Origin: Ruthenibacterium sp.
GTDB lineage: Bacteria; Bacillota; Clostridia; Oscillospirales; Ruminococcaceae
Direction of reading: 5' to 3'
Length of the DNA stretch: 64,000 nt
Assembly (NCBI GenBank): GCA_020025235.1
Contig: JAHHSL010000003.1
Location: 12,263-76,262, forward strand
A model generated the notes under the pieces. It did not search any database. It was given only the letters and a program-made list of their open reading frames with translations, and was not told the origin of the DNA. The first letter of the stretch is position 1. Each line of letters begins with the position of its first letter. Both the position numbers and the translations under genes were made by a program. This document shows positions 9,966 to 18,789 of this stretch, piece after piece.

Positions 9966-10685
9966 ATGTTTTCGTTTGAACGTATGCTGAAAATCTGGAC
10001 AAAATACGGCAGCATGTACTGGAGCGGTCTGGGATACACGCTTCTTTTTGCGCTGTTCGGCGTCCTTATGGGTCTTGTGCTGGGGCTGATCCTGGCATCC
10101 GGCCGCATGCTGCGCACCAATCCGCACGATGAAGTGTATGTAAAGGGGCTGAAATGGATCGCGCGTTCCATCTGCTCGATTTATGTTGAAATTTTCCGCG
10201 CAACGCCGATGATCGTACAGGTGTTCGTGATCTATTACGGCGTGGGCAATGTTCTCAAGCTGCCGGATCCCGCCATAAACCGCATGTTCTGGGGCATGAT
10301 GGCGGTCGGCTTCAACTCGGCAGCGTATATGTCCGAGGTCATCCGTTCGGGCATCGGCGCAGTGCCCGCCGGACAAATGGAAGCGGCGCGCTGCCTTGGC
10401 ATGAGCCATTGGAAGGCGATGAGCCATGTCATTCTGCCGCAGGCTATCCGCAACATCCTGCCGGCCATGTGCAACGAGTTCGTCACGATCATTAAGGAAA
10501 CCAGCGTCTTGGGCATGGTGGGCATTGTGGAACTGATGTTCCGTGCACAGTCGATTGCAAAACAGACGTTTATTTTCCTGGAACCGTACGTGATCGTTGC
10601 CATTATGTACTTCATCGTTGTGTTCCCGCTTTCCAAAATCATTGCAGCCGTTGAGAGGAGGATGAACAAGAGTGTCACTCGATAA
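9966..10685 (+). CDS. Amino-acid ABC transporter permease
   Basis: [16 protein letters not shown] loop [17 protein letters not shown]. Confidence 0.95.
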   Translation: MFSFERMLKIWTKYGSMYWSGLGYTLLFALFGVLMGLVLGLILASGRMLRTNPHDEVYVKGLKWIARSICSIYVEIFRATPMIVQVFVIYYGVGNVLKLPDPAINRMFWGMMAVGFNSAAYMSEVIRSGIGAVPAGQMEAARCLGMSHWKAMSHVILPQAIRNILPAMCNEFVTIIKETSVLGMVGIVELMFRAQSIAKQTFIFLEPYVIVAIMYFIVVFPLSKIIAAVERRMNKSVTR

Positions 10686-11421
10686 GGAAAAAGAAGTTCT
10701 GATCCGTGTCAAGGATCTGGAAAAGCAGTTCAAGCACAATCAGGTGCTGCGCGGCATCAATGCCGATATCTGCAAGGGCGACGTTGTGGCGGTGATCGGG
10801 CCGTCCGGCTCCGGCAAATCCACCTTCCTGCGCTGCCTGAACCTGCTGGAGCGTCCGACGAACGGACAGGTCATCTTTGAGGGCACGGACATCACATCCA
10901 AGGCGACGAAGCTGGATGTGATGCGTCAGAAGATCGGCATGGTGTTCCAGCAGTTCAATCTGTTTACGAATATGACGGTTATGGATAACGTCTGCTCCGG
11001 CCCGGTGCTTGTAAAGGGCATGAAACGTGAGGAAGCGGAAAAAATCGCGCAGGAGCTTCTGGATCGTGTGGGTCTGGGCGACCGCGGTGATGCGTATCCG
11101 GTGCAGCTTTCGGGCGGACAGCAGCAGCGCGTTGCGATCGCGCGCGCCCTTGCAATGCAGCCGGACGTGATGCTGTTCGACGAACCGACCAGCGCGCTGG
11201 ACCCGGAAATGGTGCACGAGGTCCTGGACGTCATCCGCAGCCTTGCCAAAACCGGAATGACCATGGTCATCGTCACGCACGAAATGGGCTTTGCGCGTGA
11301 AGTTGCAAACCGCGTGCTGTTTATCGACGAAGGTATTATTATGGAGGACGCGGCGCCGGAAGAATTTTTCGCGGCGCCGAAGAATCCGCGTCTGCGTGAA
11401 TTTTTGAGCAAGGTCCTGTAA
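10672..11421 (+). CDS. Amino-acid ABC transporter ATP-binding protein (GlnQ/ArtM-like)
   Basis: [37 protein letters not shown] start after GAGGAGG. Confidence 0.95.
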   Translation: MSLDKEKEVLIRVKDLEKQFKHNQVLRGINADICKGDVVAVIGPSGSGKSTFLRCLNLLERPTNGQVIFEGTDITSKATKLDVMRQKIGMVFQQFNLFTNMTVMDNVCSGPVLVKGMKREEAEKIAQELLDRVGLGDRGDAYPVQLSGGQQQRVAIARALAMQPDVMLFDEPTSALDPEMVHEVLDVIRSLAKTGMTMVIVTHEMGFAREVANRVLFIDEGIIMEDAAPEEFFAAPKNPRLREFLSKVL

Positions 11422-11788
11422 GGGCAGGCCTTCTCCCGATTCACCCGAACACAAGAAAAGCGTCCGCTTTACAGGCGGGGCAAAAATATTCCGATGCAAG
11501 AAATCCTCCTTCCGCTGCAATTGATGCAGGTCAGCTGACTGCATCCGGCAGCAGAAGGAGGATTTGTCGATTCCCGATCTTATAATGTAAGTGCGTTCAA
11601 AAGATGCTTTCCGGATGCACGTTTTGGCAGGATAAAAAGCTGGATCGAATATATTCCACCGTGACAGTGCGGGCAGATCCTTCGGCTGTGCCCTTGCTGA
11701 TTGGGCGTGCATTACGGGCAGATCGTACCGAAGCTGCAAAAAAACCGGAAATTCGCGCTTTTTCGTGTACAAAATGTATTATAATACT

Positions 11789-12400
11789 TTAGAATAACCC
11801 TTTGTTATACTTAAACTGGGCGAAAACCATAAGAAGAAGCCCCGCGCACAAAAGAATACTGAAAAGGACCCCGCGTGCATCCGGAAACGCAACCCCGATG
11901 ATGACCGCAATGCCGCAAAGTGCTGTGCCGATGCCCATGCAGCGGCAATAGGCGGGCTGATTTTCCTTTGTGACCTTGCGGCGCTGATACCAGTGAATGG
12001 AACTGATGTTGCCGCGCATATTGAAAATGCCCAGCAGAACAAGCAGACAGCCGATGACAAACGGCGGGATATTTTGGCGCAGCGGTGCATAAAGCACCAC
12101 GGCAAGGATGCATGCGGCAGCTACAGCGGATGCAAGCATTATGTCGATGAGAGTATCCTGACGGGAGATGATCTGATTTTTTTCCACAAGAGCGTGTGCG
12201 TTTTCCCGATCGGGCAAAAGCTCCTGTTCCGGGATGCCGAAATATTCCGCAAGCAGATGCAGGGAATCGGCGGCGGGAAGGCCAAGCCCGTTTTCCCACT
12301 TTGCAACAGCAGAGCGGCTGATGTGAATTTGTTCGGCAAGCTTTTCCTGCGAAATGCCTTTTTCGCGCCGAAGCTCTTTCAAATGTGTGCTGAATTCCAT
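11789..12400 (-). CDS. XRE-family HTH protein with a C-terminal membrane domain (DUF3784-like)
   Basis: LKELRREKGISQEKLAEQIHISRSAVAKWENG followed by about 4 TM helices; RBS GGAGG. Confidence 0.8.
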   Translation of the reverse strand: MEFSTHLKELRREKGISQEKLAEQIHISRSAVAKWENGLGLPAADSLHLLAEYFGIPEQELLPDRENAHALVEKNQIISRQDTLIDIMLASAVAAACILAVVLYAPLRQNIPPFVIGCLLVLLGIFNMRGNISSIHWYQRRKVTKENQPAYCRCMGIGTALCGIAVIIGVAFPDARGVLFSILLCAGLLLMVFAQFKYNKGLF

Positions 12401-12570
12401 GTTGGTGAAACCTCCGTATCTTGATTGCCGGCTGGTTTCAGTATAGCACAGAACCGAAAAAAGAGGTGTTACTTCCGCGTTTCGGGCTGTTACTTTGCAG
12501 AAAAACGCGGTGAATGGAAAATCCGTGCGCAAAAAACGGCGGGCGCGGGCGGAAAGACCGGAGCCGAAGT

Positions 12571-12891
12571 TCAGGAAAGATCCACATCCAGGCGGTCGGC
12601 AATTTCGCAGAGCTTCATGCCGGATTTCTGGGCTTTGCCGACGATTTCGCTGATCATCTGTGCTTTTGTGCGGCGCGGCCTGCGGGGCTTTGGCGCAAGC
12701 ACCGCATGCTTGTGATCTTCCAGTTTTTTGATGCGAAGGTTTACCGCGGCGATACGCCGTTCAAATTCTGCGTTCTGCGCATCACGCTGTTCTTCCAGTG
12801 TGCGGATGTTTTCACAAAGCCGTTCGATTTCACGATCGGTGTCTTCTGCAATCTGCTGCGGGGTGCGGCGCGTCCGTTTTTCGTTTGCCAT
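12571..12891 (-). CDS. Small basic coiled-coil hypothetical protein
   Basis: RBS AAGGAG, ATG at 12891; 106 aa; coiled coil flanked by KRTRRT and PRRPRRTK. Confidence 0.7.
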   Translation of the reverse strand: MANEKRTRRTPQQIAEDTDREIERLCENIRTLEEQRDAQNAEFERRIAAVNLRIKKLEDHKHAVLAPKPRRPRRTKAQMISEIVGKAQKSGMKLCEIADRLDVDLS

Positions 12892-13185
12892 AATACAACA
12901 ACTCCTTGGGTGTTTGGATAAATTTACTATAACACAGTGCAAAGAAAGAAAAGCGTTTTTTCTGTCATACCGATTCACGGTTTTGCAGGAAATATAAGAA
13001 AAAAGTAATGGTAAAACCGTGTGTTTTATGCTATACTCATTTTATGAGTATAAAAAACACAGCGATAATTAAAAAATAATATTCGGAAATTGAATCATTT
13101 GAAAGGGGAAAATCGTATATAGATGAGGGCGGTCCTTTCGTACAGAATGAAGGGATCTTCCAATATGTTCTTGAAGGGAAAAGGA

Positions 13186-14316
13186 ATGAAGAAAAACAAA
13201 GCAAGAGGGGATATTTCCGCCGGTTTGTCTGAAGGAAAAAGCGCAGACAATAAAATGCAGCAAAACGGAAAAGGCGGGATTTTGAATAACAAGCTGCTTT
13301 GGACTGTAATTTCGATTCTAATTGCCGTTATCAGCGTATGGGCGGTGGTTTCGCAGCAGAAAGAAGTTTCGTTCCGTTCGCTGCTTCATCAGCTTGTGAA
13401 CGCCAATCAGGGCTGGCTGCTTGCAGCGGTCGTGTCGATGCTTGGGTTCATCCTGTTTGAAGCGTGGGCGGTCCGCATCATCTGCCAGTCGTTCGGATAT
13501 GCACCCGGTATGCACAACAGCTGCGCATATTCGGCAACGGATATCTATTTTTCAGCGATCACGCCTTCGGCAACAGGCGGGCAGCCTGCATGCGCACTTT
13601 TGATGATGAAAGACGGGATTTCCGGCACGGTTGCAACGGCGGCACTGCTGCTGAATCTTACAATGTATACATTTTCCATTCTGCTGATTGGGCTTGTGTG
13701 CTTTGTTTTTCGGCCGCAGCTGTTTTTCCAGTTCGGCCTGCTGGCGCGTATTATGATCGTTGTCGGATATGCGGCACAGATCCTGTTTTCCGTGTTTTTG
13801 TTTTTGCTTGTAAAAAATGAGCGGCTTCTGCAGAAGATCTGCCGAACGACGCTGCATATCCTGGCAAAGCTGCACCTGATCCGCAATGAACAGGCAAAGC
13901 AGGAAAAGCTGCAGAACACCATGAGGGAATACCGCCGCTGTTCGGAAATGCTTTCAGGCAGCGGGCTGATGCTTTTTAAGGTGTTTGTACTGAACCTGAT
14001 GCAGCGTGTTTCCCAGATTTCGGTGACGATGTTCGTCAGCGCTGCGCTGGGGATCGGCGGTTTTTCTATGCTGGATGTCTGGGCACTGCAGGGGTATGTG
14101 GTGCTTGGCTCCAATTATGTTCCCGTGCCGGGCGGCATGGGCGTGGTGGATTACCTGATGCTGGATGCGTTTGATGCATCCATGACAGCACAGCAGGCGG
14201 TCAATCTGGAACTTGTCAGCCGTTCGGTGTCGTTCTATTGCTGCATCCTGCTCTGCGGCGCTGCAATGCTGTGGTATTGCTGGTATCAACACAAGAAGAA
14301 GGAGAGAAAAGCTTAA
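13186..14316 (+). CDS. Lysylphosphatidylglycerol-synthase TM domain (flippase-like) membrane protein
   Basis: Multi-TM; YFSAITPSATGGQP and VPVPGGMGVVD motifs; start codon uncertain (13123-13255). Confidence 0.85.
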   Translation: MKKNKARGDISAGLSEGKSADNKMQQNGKGGILNNKLLWTVISILIAVISVWAVVSQQKEVSFRSLLHQLVNANQGWLLAAVVSMLGFILFEAWAVRIICQSFGYAPGMHNSCAYSATDIYFSAITPSATGGQPACALLMMKDGISGTVATAALLLNLTMYTFSILLIGLVCFVFRPQLFFQFGLLARIMIVVGYAAQILFSVFLFLLVKNERLLQKICRTTLHILAKLHLIRNEQAKQEKLQNTMREYRRCSEMLSGSGLMLFKVFVLNLMQRVSQISVTMFVSAALGIGGFSMLDVWALQGYVVLGSNYVPVPGGMGVVDYLMLDAFDASMTAQQAVNLELVSRSVSFYCCILLCGAAMLWYCWYQHKKKERKA

Positions 14317-15009
14317 ATGATCGGAATTTATAATTACACAGTTTTACTCACGTATTTATCATTGGTTTCTGCGGGTGCGGGAATTATGGTTTCCCTCAGC
14401 GGCAACGGGCATCCGTATTGGGGATGCATGTTCCTGCTGGTGTGCGGTCTGTGCGATGCGTTTGACGGAAAAGTTGCGCGCATGAAGAAAAACCGCACGG
14501 TGATGGAACAGAATTATGGCATCCAGATCGACTCTCTTTCCGACCTGGTGGCGTTCGGCGTTCTGCCGGGCTGCATCGGTGTTGCCATGATAAGAACATC
14601 CCCTTATATGAAAGAGCTGGAAGCGGGCCTTTCCGCCGGACAGTTCGGCGCATTGAAGTTTGCCTTGTGCGCTGTGCTGGTGCTGTACATGCTGGCTGCC
14701 CTGATCCGTCTTGCCTATTTTAATGTAACGGAAGAGGAACGCCAGAAAACCGAGGGCGGCGTGCGCAAGTTCTATACGGGTCTGCCGGTCACTTCGGCTT
14801 CCCTGATCTTCCCGCTGGTGATTCTGATCCAGTACATCTCCCCGGCGGATATTTCTCTGCTTTATATTGCAGTGGCGCTGGTGACAGGCTTTTTGTTCCT
14901 CAGCAAGCTGCAGATCCGCAAGCCCGGTATGCGGGAAATCTATATTATGATCGCTTTCGGCGCTGTGGAATTTATTCTGCTGGTCGCGCGTCATATGACG
15001 CACGGCTGA
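14317..15009 (+). CDS. pssA: CDP-diacylglycerol--serine O-phosphatidyltransferase
   Basis: CDP-alcohol phosphotransferase motif DAFDGKVAR...GIQIDSLSDLVAFGV; adjacent to psd. Confidence 0.88.
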   Translation: MIGIYNYTVLLTYLSLVSAGAGIMVSLSGNGHPYWGCMFLLVCGLCDAFDGKVARMKKNRTVMEQNYGIQIDSLSDLVAFGVLPGCIGVAMIRTSPYMKELEAGLSAGQFGALKFALCAVLVLYMLAALIRLAYFNVTEEERQKTEGGVRKFYTGLPVTSASLIFPLVILIQYISPADISLLYIAVALVTGFLFLSKLQIRKPGMREIYIMIAFGAVEFILLVARHMTHG

Positions 15010-15022
15010 TAAGGTGAAGCGC

Positions 15023-15853
15023 ATGAGCAGTGAAAACGGAGCAATGCTTCGATTTTTATACCATACAAAAGCGGGGCGTTTTGTTCTGAAGGCTGCGGCA
15101 AGCCGCGGTGTTTCGCGCATGTGCGGCGCCTTTTTGGATTCTCCGCTTTCGCGTCCGCTGATTTCTGTTTTTGTCAAAAACTGCGGCATTGATCTTGCCG
15201 ATTATGAATCCGACGGCTTTTGCTGCTTCAACGATTGCTTTACCCGCAAAATCAAGCCGGGCAGGCGTCCGCTGCCGCAGCAGGAGGATGCCCTGATGAG
15301 CCCGTGCGATGGGCTTTTGAGCATTTGCAAAATCACAGACGGTACGGTTCTGCCCATTAAGCAGAGCGAGTACACGATCCCGCAGCTTTTGGGCGGCGCT
15401 GCGATCGCGGAAAAATACAAAAACGGGCTGTGCCTTGTGTTCCGCCTTTGCGTGGATCATTACCACCGGTACAGCTATATTGATAACGGCACCAAGGAAG
15501 ACAATGTGTTCATCCCGGGCGTGCTGCATACTGTCCGGCCGATCGCACTGGCGGCGTGCCCTGTTTTTGTGCAGAACTGCCGCGAATACACTGTGATGCA
15601 TACCGAACATTTCGGTGATGTCACGCAGGTGGAAGTCGGCGCAATGCTTGTCGGCAAAATCAAAAACCACGATGGCGCAGGCCCGATGCAGCGCGGCGCG
15701 GAAAAGGGGATGTTCCTGTATGGGGGCAGCACCGTTGTTCTGCTTTTGGAAAAAGACCGCGTTGTGCTGGATCGGCAGCTGATGGATGCTGCATCCGGCG
15801 GAAACGAAGTACCCGTGCGAATGGGACAGGTGCTCGGCAGCGCAGCGCAGTAA
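15023..15853 (+). CDS. psd: Phosphatidylserine decarboxylase proenzyme
   Basis: FNDCFTRKIK, SPCDG, RLCVDHYHRY; self-cleavage motif GGST; alternative GTG start at 15014. Confidence 0.93.
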   Translation: MSSENGAMLRFLYHTKAGRFVLKAAASRGVSRMCGAFLDSPLSRPLISVFVKNCGIDLADYESDGFCCFNDCFTRKIKPGRRPLPQQEDALMSPCDGLLSICKITDGTVLPIKQSEYTIPQLLGGAAIAEKYKNGLCLVFRLCVDHYHRYSYIDNGTKEDNVFIPGVLHTVRPIALAACPVFVQNCREYTVMHTEHFGDVTQVEVGAMLVGKIKNHDGAGPMQRGAEKGMFLYGGSTVVLLLEKDRVVLDRQLMDAASGGNEVPVRMGQVLGSAAQ

Positions 15854-15972
15854 AGCACCGGCAGGGTGCGGGCTGTATTGGCCCGAAACACAGCCCCGTC
15901 ATGCGTATAAAAAGAGCGGCTGCGCATTTGGGCGCTCCCGATAGAAACGGCCGAAAACAAGGAGGTATGGCA

Positions 15973-16059
15973 ATGTACGGTTCTATTTGCAATATGAATC
16001 ATAATCAGTCCGGTAATGCAGATTTCGACACCGGGCTTACATTGCTATACGCGTTTTAA
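15973..16059 (+). CDS. Putative 28-aa leader peptide MYGSICNMNHNQSGNADFDTGLTLLYAF
   Basis: AAGGAGGT at 15959-15966 lies 6 nt before the ATG; a terminator follows, upstream of the S66 peptidase gene. Confidence 0.6.
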   Translation: MYGSICNMNHNQSGNADFDTGLTLLYAF

Positions 16060-16083
16060 GATTTGATAGCTTAAAGCAAAATG

Positions 16084-16126
16084 CAGTGCAGGCTGAACCG
16101 AACGGTTTCATCTGCGCTGTTTTTTT
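16084..16126 (+). terminator. Leader (attenuator-type) terminator upstream of the S66 peptidase
   Basis: CAGTGCAG..TGAACCG-aa-CGGTTTCA.CTGCGCTG followed by T7. Confidence 0.75.
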
Positions 16127-16249
16127 ATACCGGGAAGTGAGTGATTCCCTGTAAACGCAGCACATAAAAGCAGCAGTCCTTTTCAAACGGCACACTGGAC
16201 TTCAATCATTTTCACGGTCGATTCCGCATACAGAAAGGAAGTATTTGTC

Positions 16250-17290
16250 ATGTTAAAACCCCGCGCATTAAAAGCAGGAGACAAGGTTGCCATTGTTTCG
16301 TTATCCCGCGGCATGCTTGGTGAAAAGCAGTTTATTCATAAATATCAATTGGCAAAACAGCGCATGGAAGAGCTTTATGGCTTGCAGGCAGCGGCTATGC
16401 CGAATGCGCTGAAAGGGATCGAATATCTTTACAGGCATCCGCAGGCAAGGGCAGAAGATTTTATGGAAGCATTTCGGAACCCGGAAATCAAGGCTGTGTT
16501 CAATGCGATCGGCGGCGATGACACGATCCGGCTTTTACCTTATATTGATTTTGATGTTCTGCGAAACAATCCCAAGATCTTTACCGGATTTTCGGATACC
16601 ACGACCAATCACTTCATGCTGCACAAGGCCGGTGTTGTATCGTATTACGGCTTATCCGTTATGAATAACTGGGCAGAATATGTGGAGATCAATCCCTACA
16701 CAAAAAGTGCTGTGGATCATATGCTGTTTCATCCCACCCCGACATTGGATGTTCCCTGCAGCGATTTTTGCAGCTATGACTGTGACAAGGTTTGGTGGGG
16801 CGAGGAATACATGACAGAACGCACTCCCAGACATCCCAATTCCGGGTACGAAATTTTACAGGGACACGGCAAAGTGCGCGGAGAACTGCTTGGTGGATGT
16901 GTTGATGTGTTTCCGGAGCTGCTGGGCACTTCTTTATGGCCTTCCAAGGAAGAGTGGAAAGGGAAGATCCTGCTGCTGGAAACCAGCGAAAACAACATGC
17001 CGCCGGAAGTCCTTTCCTGGTTCCTGCGTAATTTACAGGCGCAGGGGATTCTCCACGTCCTGAACGGCATCATCGTAGGCAAGCCCGCATTTCAGGAGGG
17101 CGAAGCATATAAAGAAATCTATCGACAGGTTGTCGGGTTTGAGGCAGACCTGCCGGAGCTGCCGATCCTTTGGAATGTGAATGTCGGCCATGCGTATCCC
17201 ATTGGATTGTTTGCACTGGGTCTGACTTATGAAATCGACTGCGAAGCAAAAACGCTGCGGCTGTTAGAACCCGCCACGGCTGCTGAATAG
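16250..17290 (+). CDS. S66 family peptidase (MccF-like / LD-carboxypeptidase)
   Basis: Ser-Glu-His triad context GFSDTT, LLLETSE, NVGHAYP; IGGDD; N-terminus LKPRALKAGDKVAIVSLS. Confidence 0.9.
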   Translation: MLKPRALKAGDKVAIVSLSRGMLGEKQFIHKYQLAKQRMEELYGLQAAAMPNALKGIEYLYRHPQARAEDFMEAFRNPEIKAVFNAIGGDDTIRLLPYIDFDVLRNNPKIFTGFSDTTTNHFMLHKAGVVSYYGLSVMNNWAEYVEINPYTKSAVDHMLFHPTPTLDVPCSDFCSYDCDKVWWGEEYMTERTPRHPNSGYEILQGHGKVRGELLGGCVDVFPELLGTSLWPSKEEWKGKILLLETSENNMPPEVLSWFLRNLQAQGILHVLNGIIVGKPAFQEGEAYKEIYRQVVGFEADLPELPILWNVNVGHAYPIGLFALGLTYEIDCEAKTLRLLEPATAAE

Positions 17291-17477
17291 ATCCGGATTG
17301 CCCGAATAGACGGAAAGGCATAGAGCTATCAAAGGGTGTTCGGCGAAAAATAAAGATGTTCCGAACAGAGAAAGGCTGTACGGCGTCAGTATCAGCGCCG
17401 CCGCTTTTCACGGGTGCGGCTGTGGGCGTCTTGCTGTATGCCGGAAAACACCAAAGCGGATTTCCGCCGCAAATAAG

Positions 17478-17515
17478 AAACAGGCTTCGGCTGCCGTGCA
17501 GCCGAAGCCTGTTTT
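17478..17515. terminator. Bidirectional terminator between convergent genes
   Basis: AAACAGGCTTCGGCTGC-cgt-GCAGCCGAAGCCTGTTTT. Confidence 0.8.
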
Positions 17516-17561
17516 GCTGAAACTTGTTTTTTGCCCAAGGGTGGTGCCAAAGCGGAAATGC

Positions 17562-18308
17562 TTACCCTATAATGAAGCCGCGCAGGAAGAAAAGCACCAG
17601 CAGGTGAACCGGATAAAATGCATAGGAACAATACTGGATGGCCTTATTGTGCAGACCCTGCTTTCCGTTATAAAGCCAGATCGGGATGAGCGCAAACACG
17701 GCAAACGCCTGCTGCGGGATTTCAAACAAGTGGCCGAAAAGTGCGAAATTGTACGTCATGCCCTCCATCCACACGGCATGGATCAGGATCATGCCGATCA
17801 GCTCGCCCACCCAGCCGCAGGGCACATTGCGGAAGAAATAGAACAGGAACACCGTCAAAACGCCGTAGCCGCCGTAATCACACATCGTCAGCGAACCGGC
17901 GATAAAGCCCAGCAGTACGCTGCACAGAGCCGTCAGCACAAAGACAGCGGTGCCTTTTTCCTTTGCACGATCCATAAGGCGAAGAAAGCAAAGCGCGATG
18001 CAGAAGGTGAACAGTACGTTCTGGTGGAACGGATAAATGACATGCGAGCCCATGATCAGGTTGAACGGGATTTCCGAAAGAAGTGCAAAAAGGAAAAGCC
18101 GCCCGATGTACTTTTTAAAATTGTGGGTATGGAAATATCCTTCAACGATCTGAAACGCAAAAATCGGGAACGCCAATCGTCCGATATTCGTCATCCACTG
18201 GCTGCCGCTGATAACCGTTGCCCACATATGGTCGCACAGCATCAGCGCCATGGCGATGACTTTCAGTTCAAAAGCGTCGATAAATTTCAGTTTCTTGAGT
18301 TTCTGCAT
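17562..18308 (-). CDS. TraX-family membrane protein (putative acyltransferase)
   Basis: LKVIAMALMLCDH, GRLAFPIFAF, SEIPF, QNVLFT, DYGGYGV, YNGKQG, YAFYPVHL. Confidence 0.88.
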   Translation of the reverse strand: MQKLKKLKFIDAFELKVIAMALMLCDHMWATVISGSQWMTNIGRLAFPIFAFQIVEGYFHTHNFKKYIGRLFLFALLSEIPFNLIMGSHVIYPFHQNVLFTFCIALCFLRLMDRAKEKGTAVFVLTALCSVLLGFIAGSLTMCDYGGYGVLTVFLFYFFRNVPCGWVGELIGMILIHAVWMEGMTYNFALFGHLFEIPQQAFAVFALIPIWLYNGKQGLHNKAIQYCSYAFYPVHLLVLFFLRGFIIG

Positions 18309-18389
18309 AAAAAGCCTCGCTTTCCTCTGTTTTGGTTTTTCCCATTATAACAGCCTTCGGCATGTTTTGCAAAAAAAAAATTTGCAGCC

Positions 18390-18447
18390 TTGACAAAAGC
18401 TGCAGTATGCGCCTATAATATCGTTAGATGATATCATATTATGATAT
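18390..18447 (+). promoter_or_regulatory. Sigma-A promoter with tandem palindromic operators (probable PadR sites)
   Basis: TTGACA-N18-TATAAT; ATATC-N7-GATAT at 18418-18434 and 18431-18447. Confidence 0.75.
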
Positions 18448-18468
18448 TGCGGAAAGGCGGTGGATAAA

Positions 18469-18789
18469 ATGCCGAAACGGGCAATGGACGGCCTGACGGA
18501 AAGCATGTTTTATGTGCTTATGGCATTCTGTTCCGGGCCGATGTGCGGCATTGACGCGGCAGAATATATCGAAGAACATTCGCACGGGCGAATGAAGATC
18601 GGCCCGGCAACGCTTTATACGATTCTGGCAAAGTTTGAAAAGGAAGGCTATATCCGGGAAATCGAAGTGGACGGACGCAAACGAACCTATGAAATCACAG
18701 GCAAAGGCGCAAAGGCGTATGAAGAGGAGCTTTGCCGTCTGCGTGCCTGTCTTGCCGATGCGCAAAATGCGCGGGAGGTGTCAAGATGA
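18469..18789 (+). CDS. PadR family transcriptional regulator
   Basis: LTESMFYVLMA, IGPATLYTILAKFEKEGYI, RKRTYEITGKG. Confidence 0.9.
   Translation: MPKRAMDGLTESMFYVLMAFCSGPMCGIDAAEYIEEHSHGRMKIGPATLYTILAKFEKEGYIREIEVDGRKRTYEITGKGAKAYEEELCRLRACLADAQNAREVSR

Noticed and set aside
17562..18308. traX as a sign of a conjugative element
   Set aside because: No relaxase, T4SS, integrase or att-like repeats nearby; stand-alone TraX-family genes are common on Firmicute chromosomes
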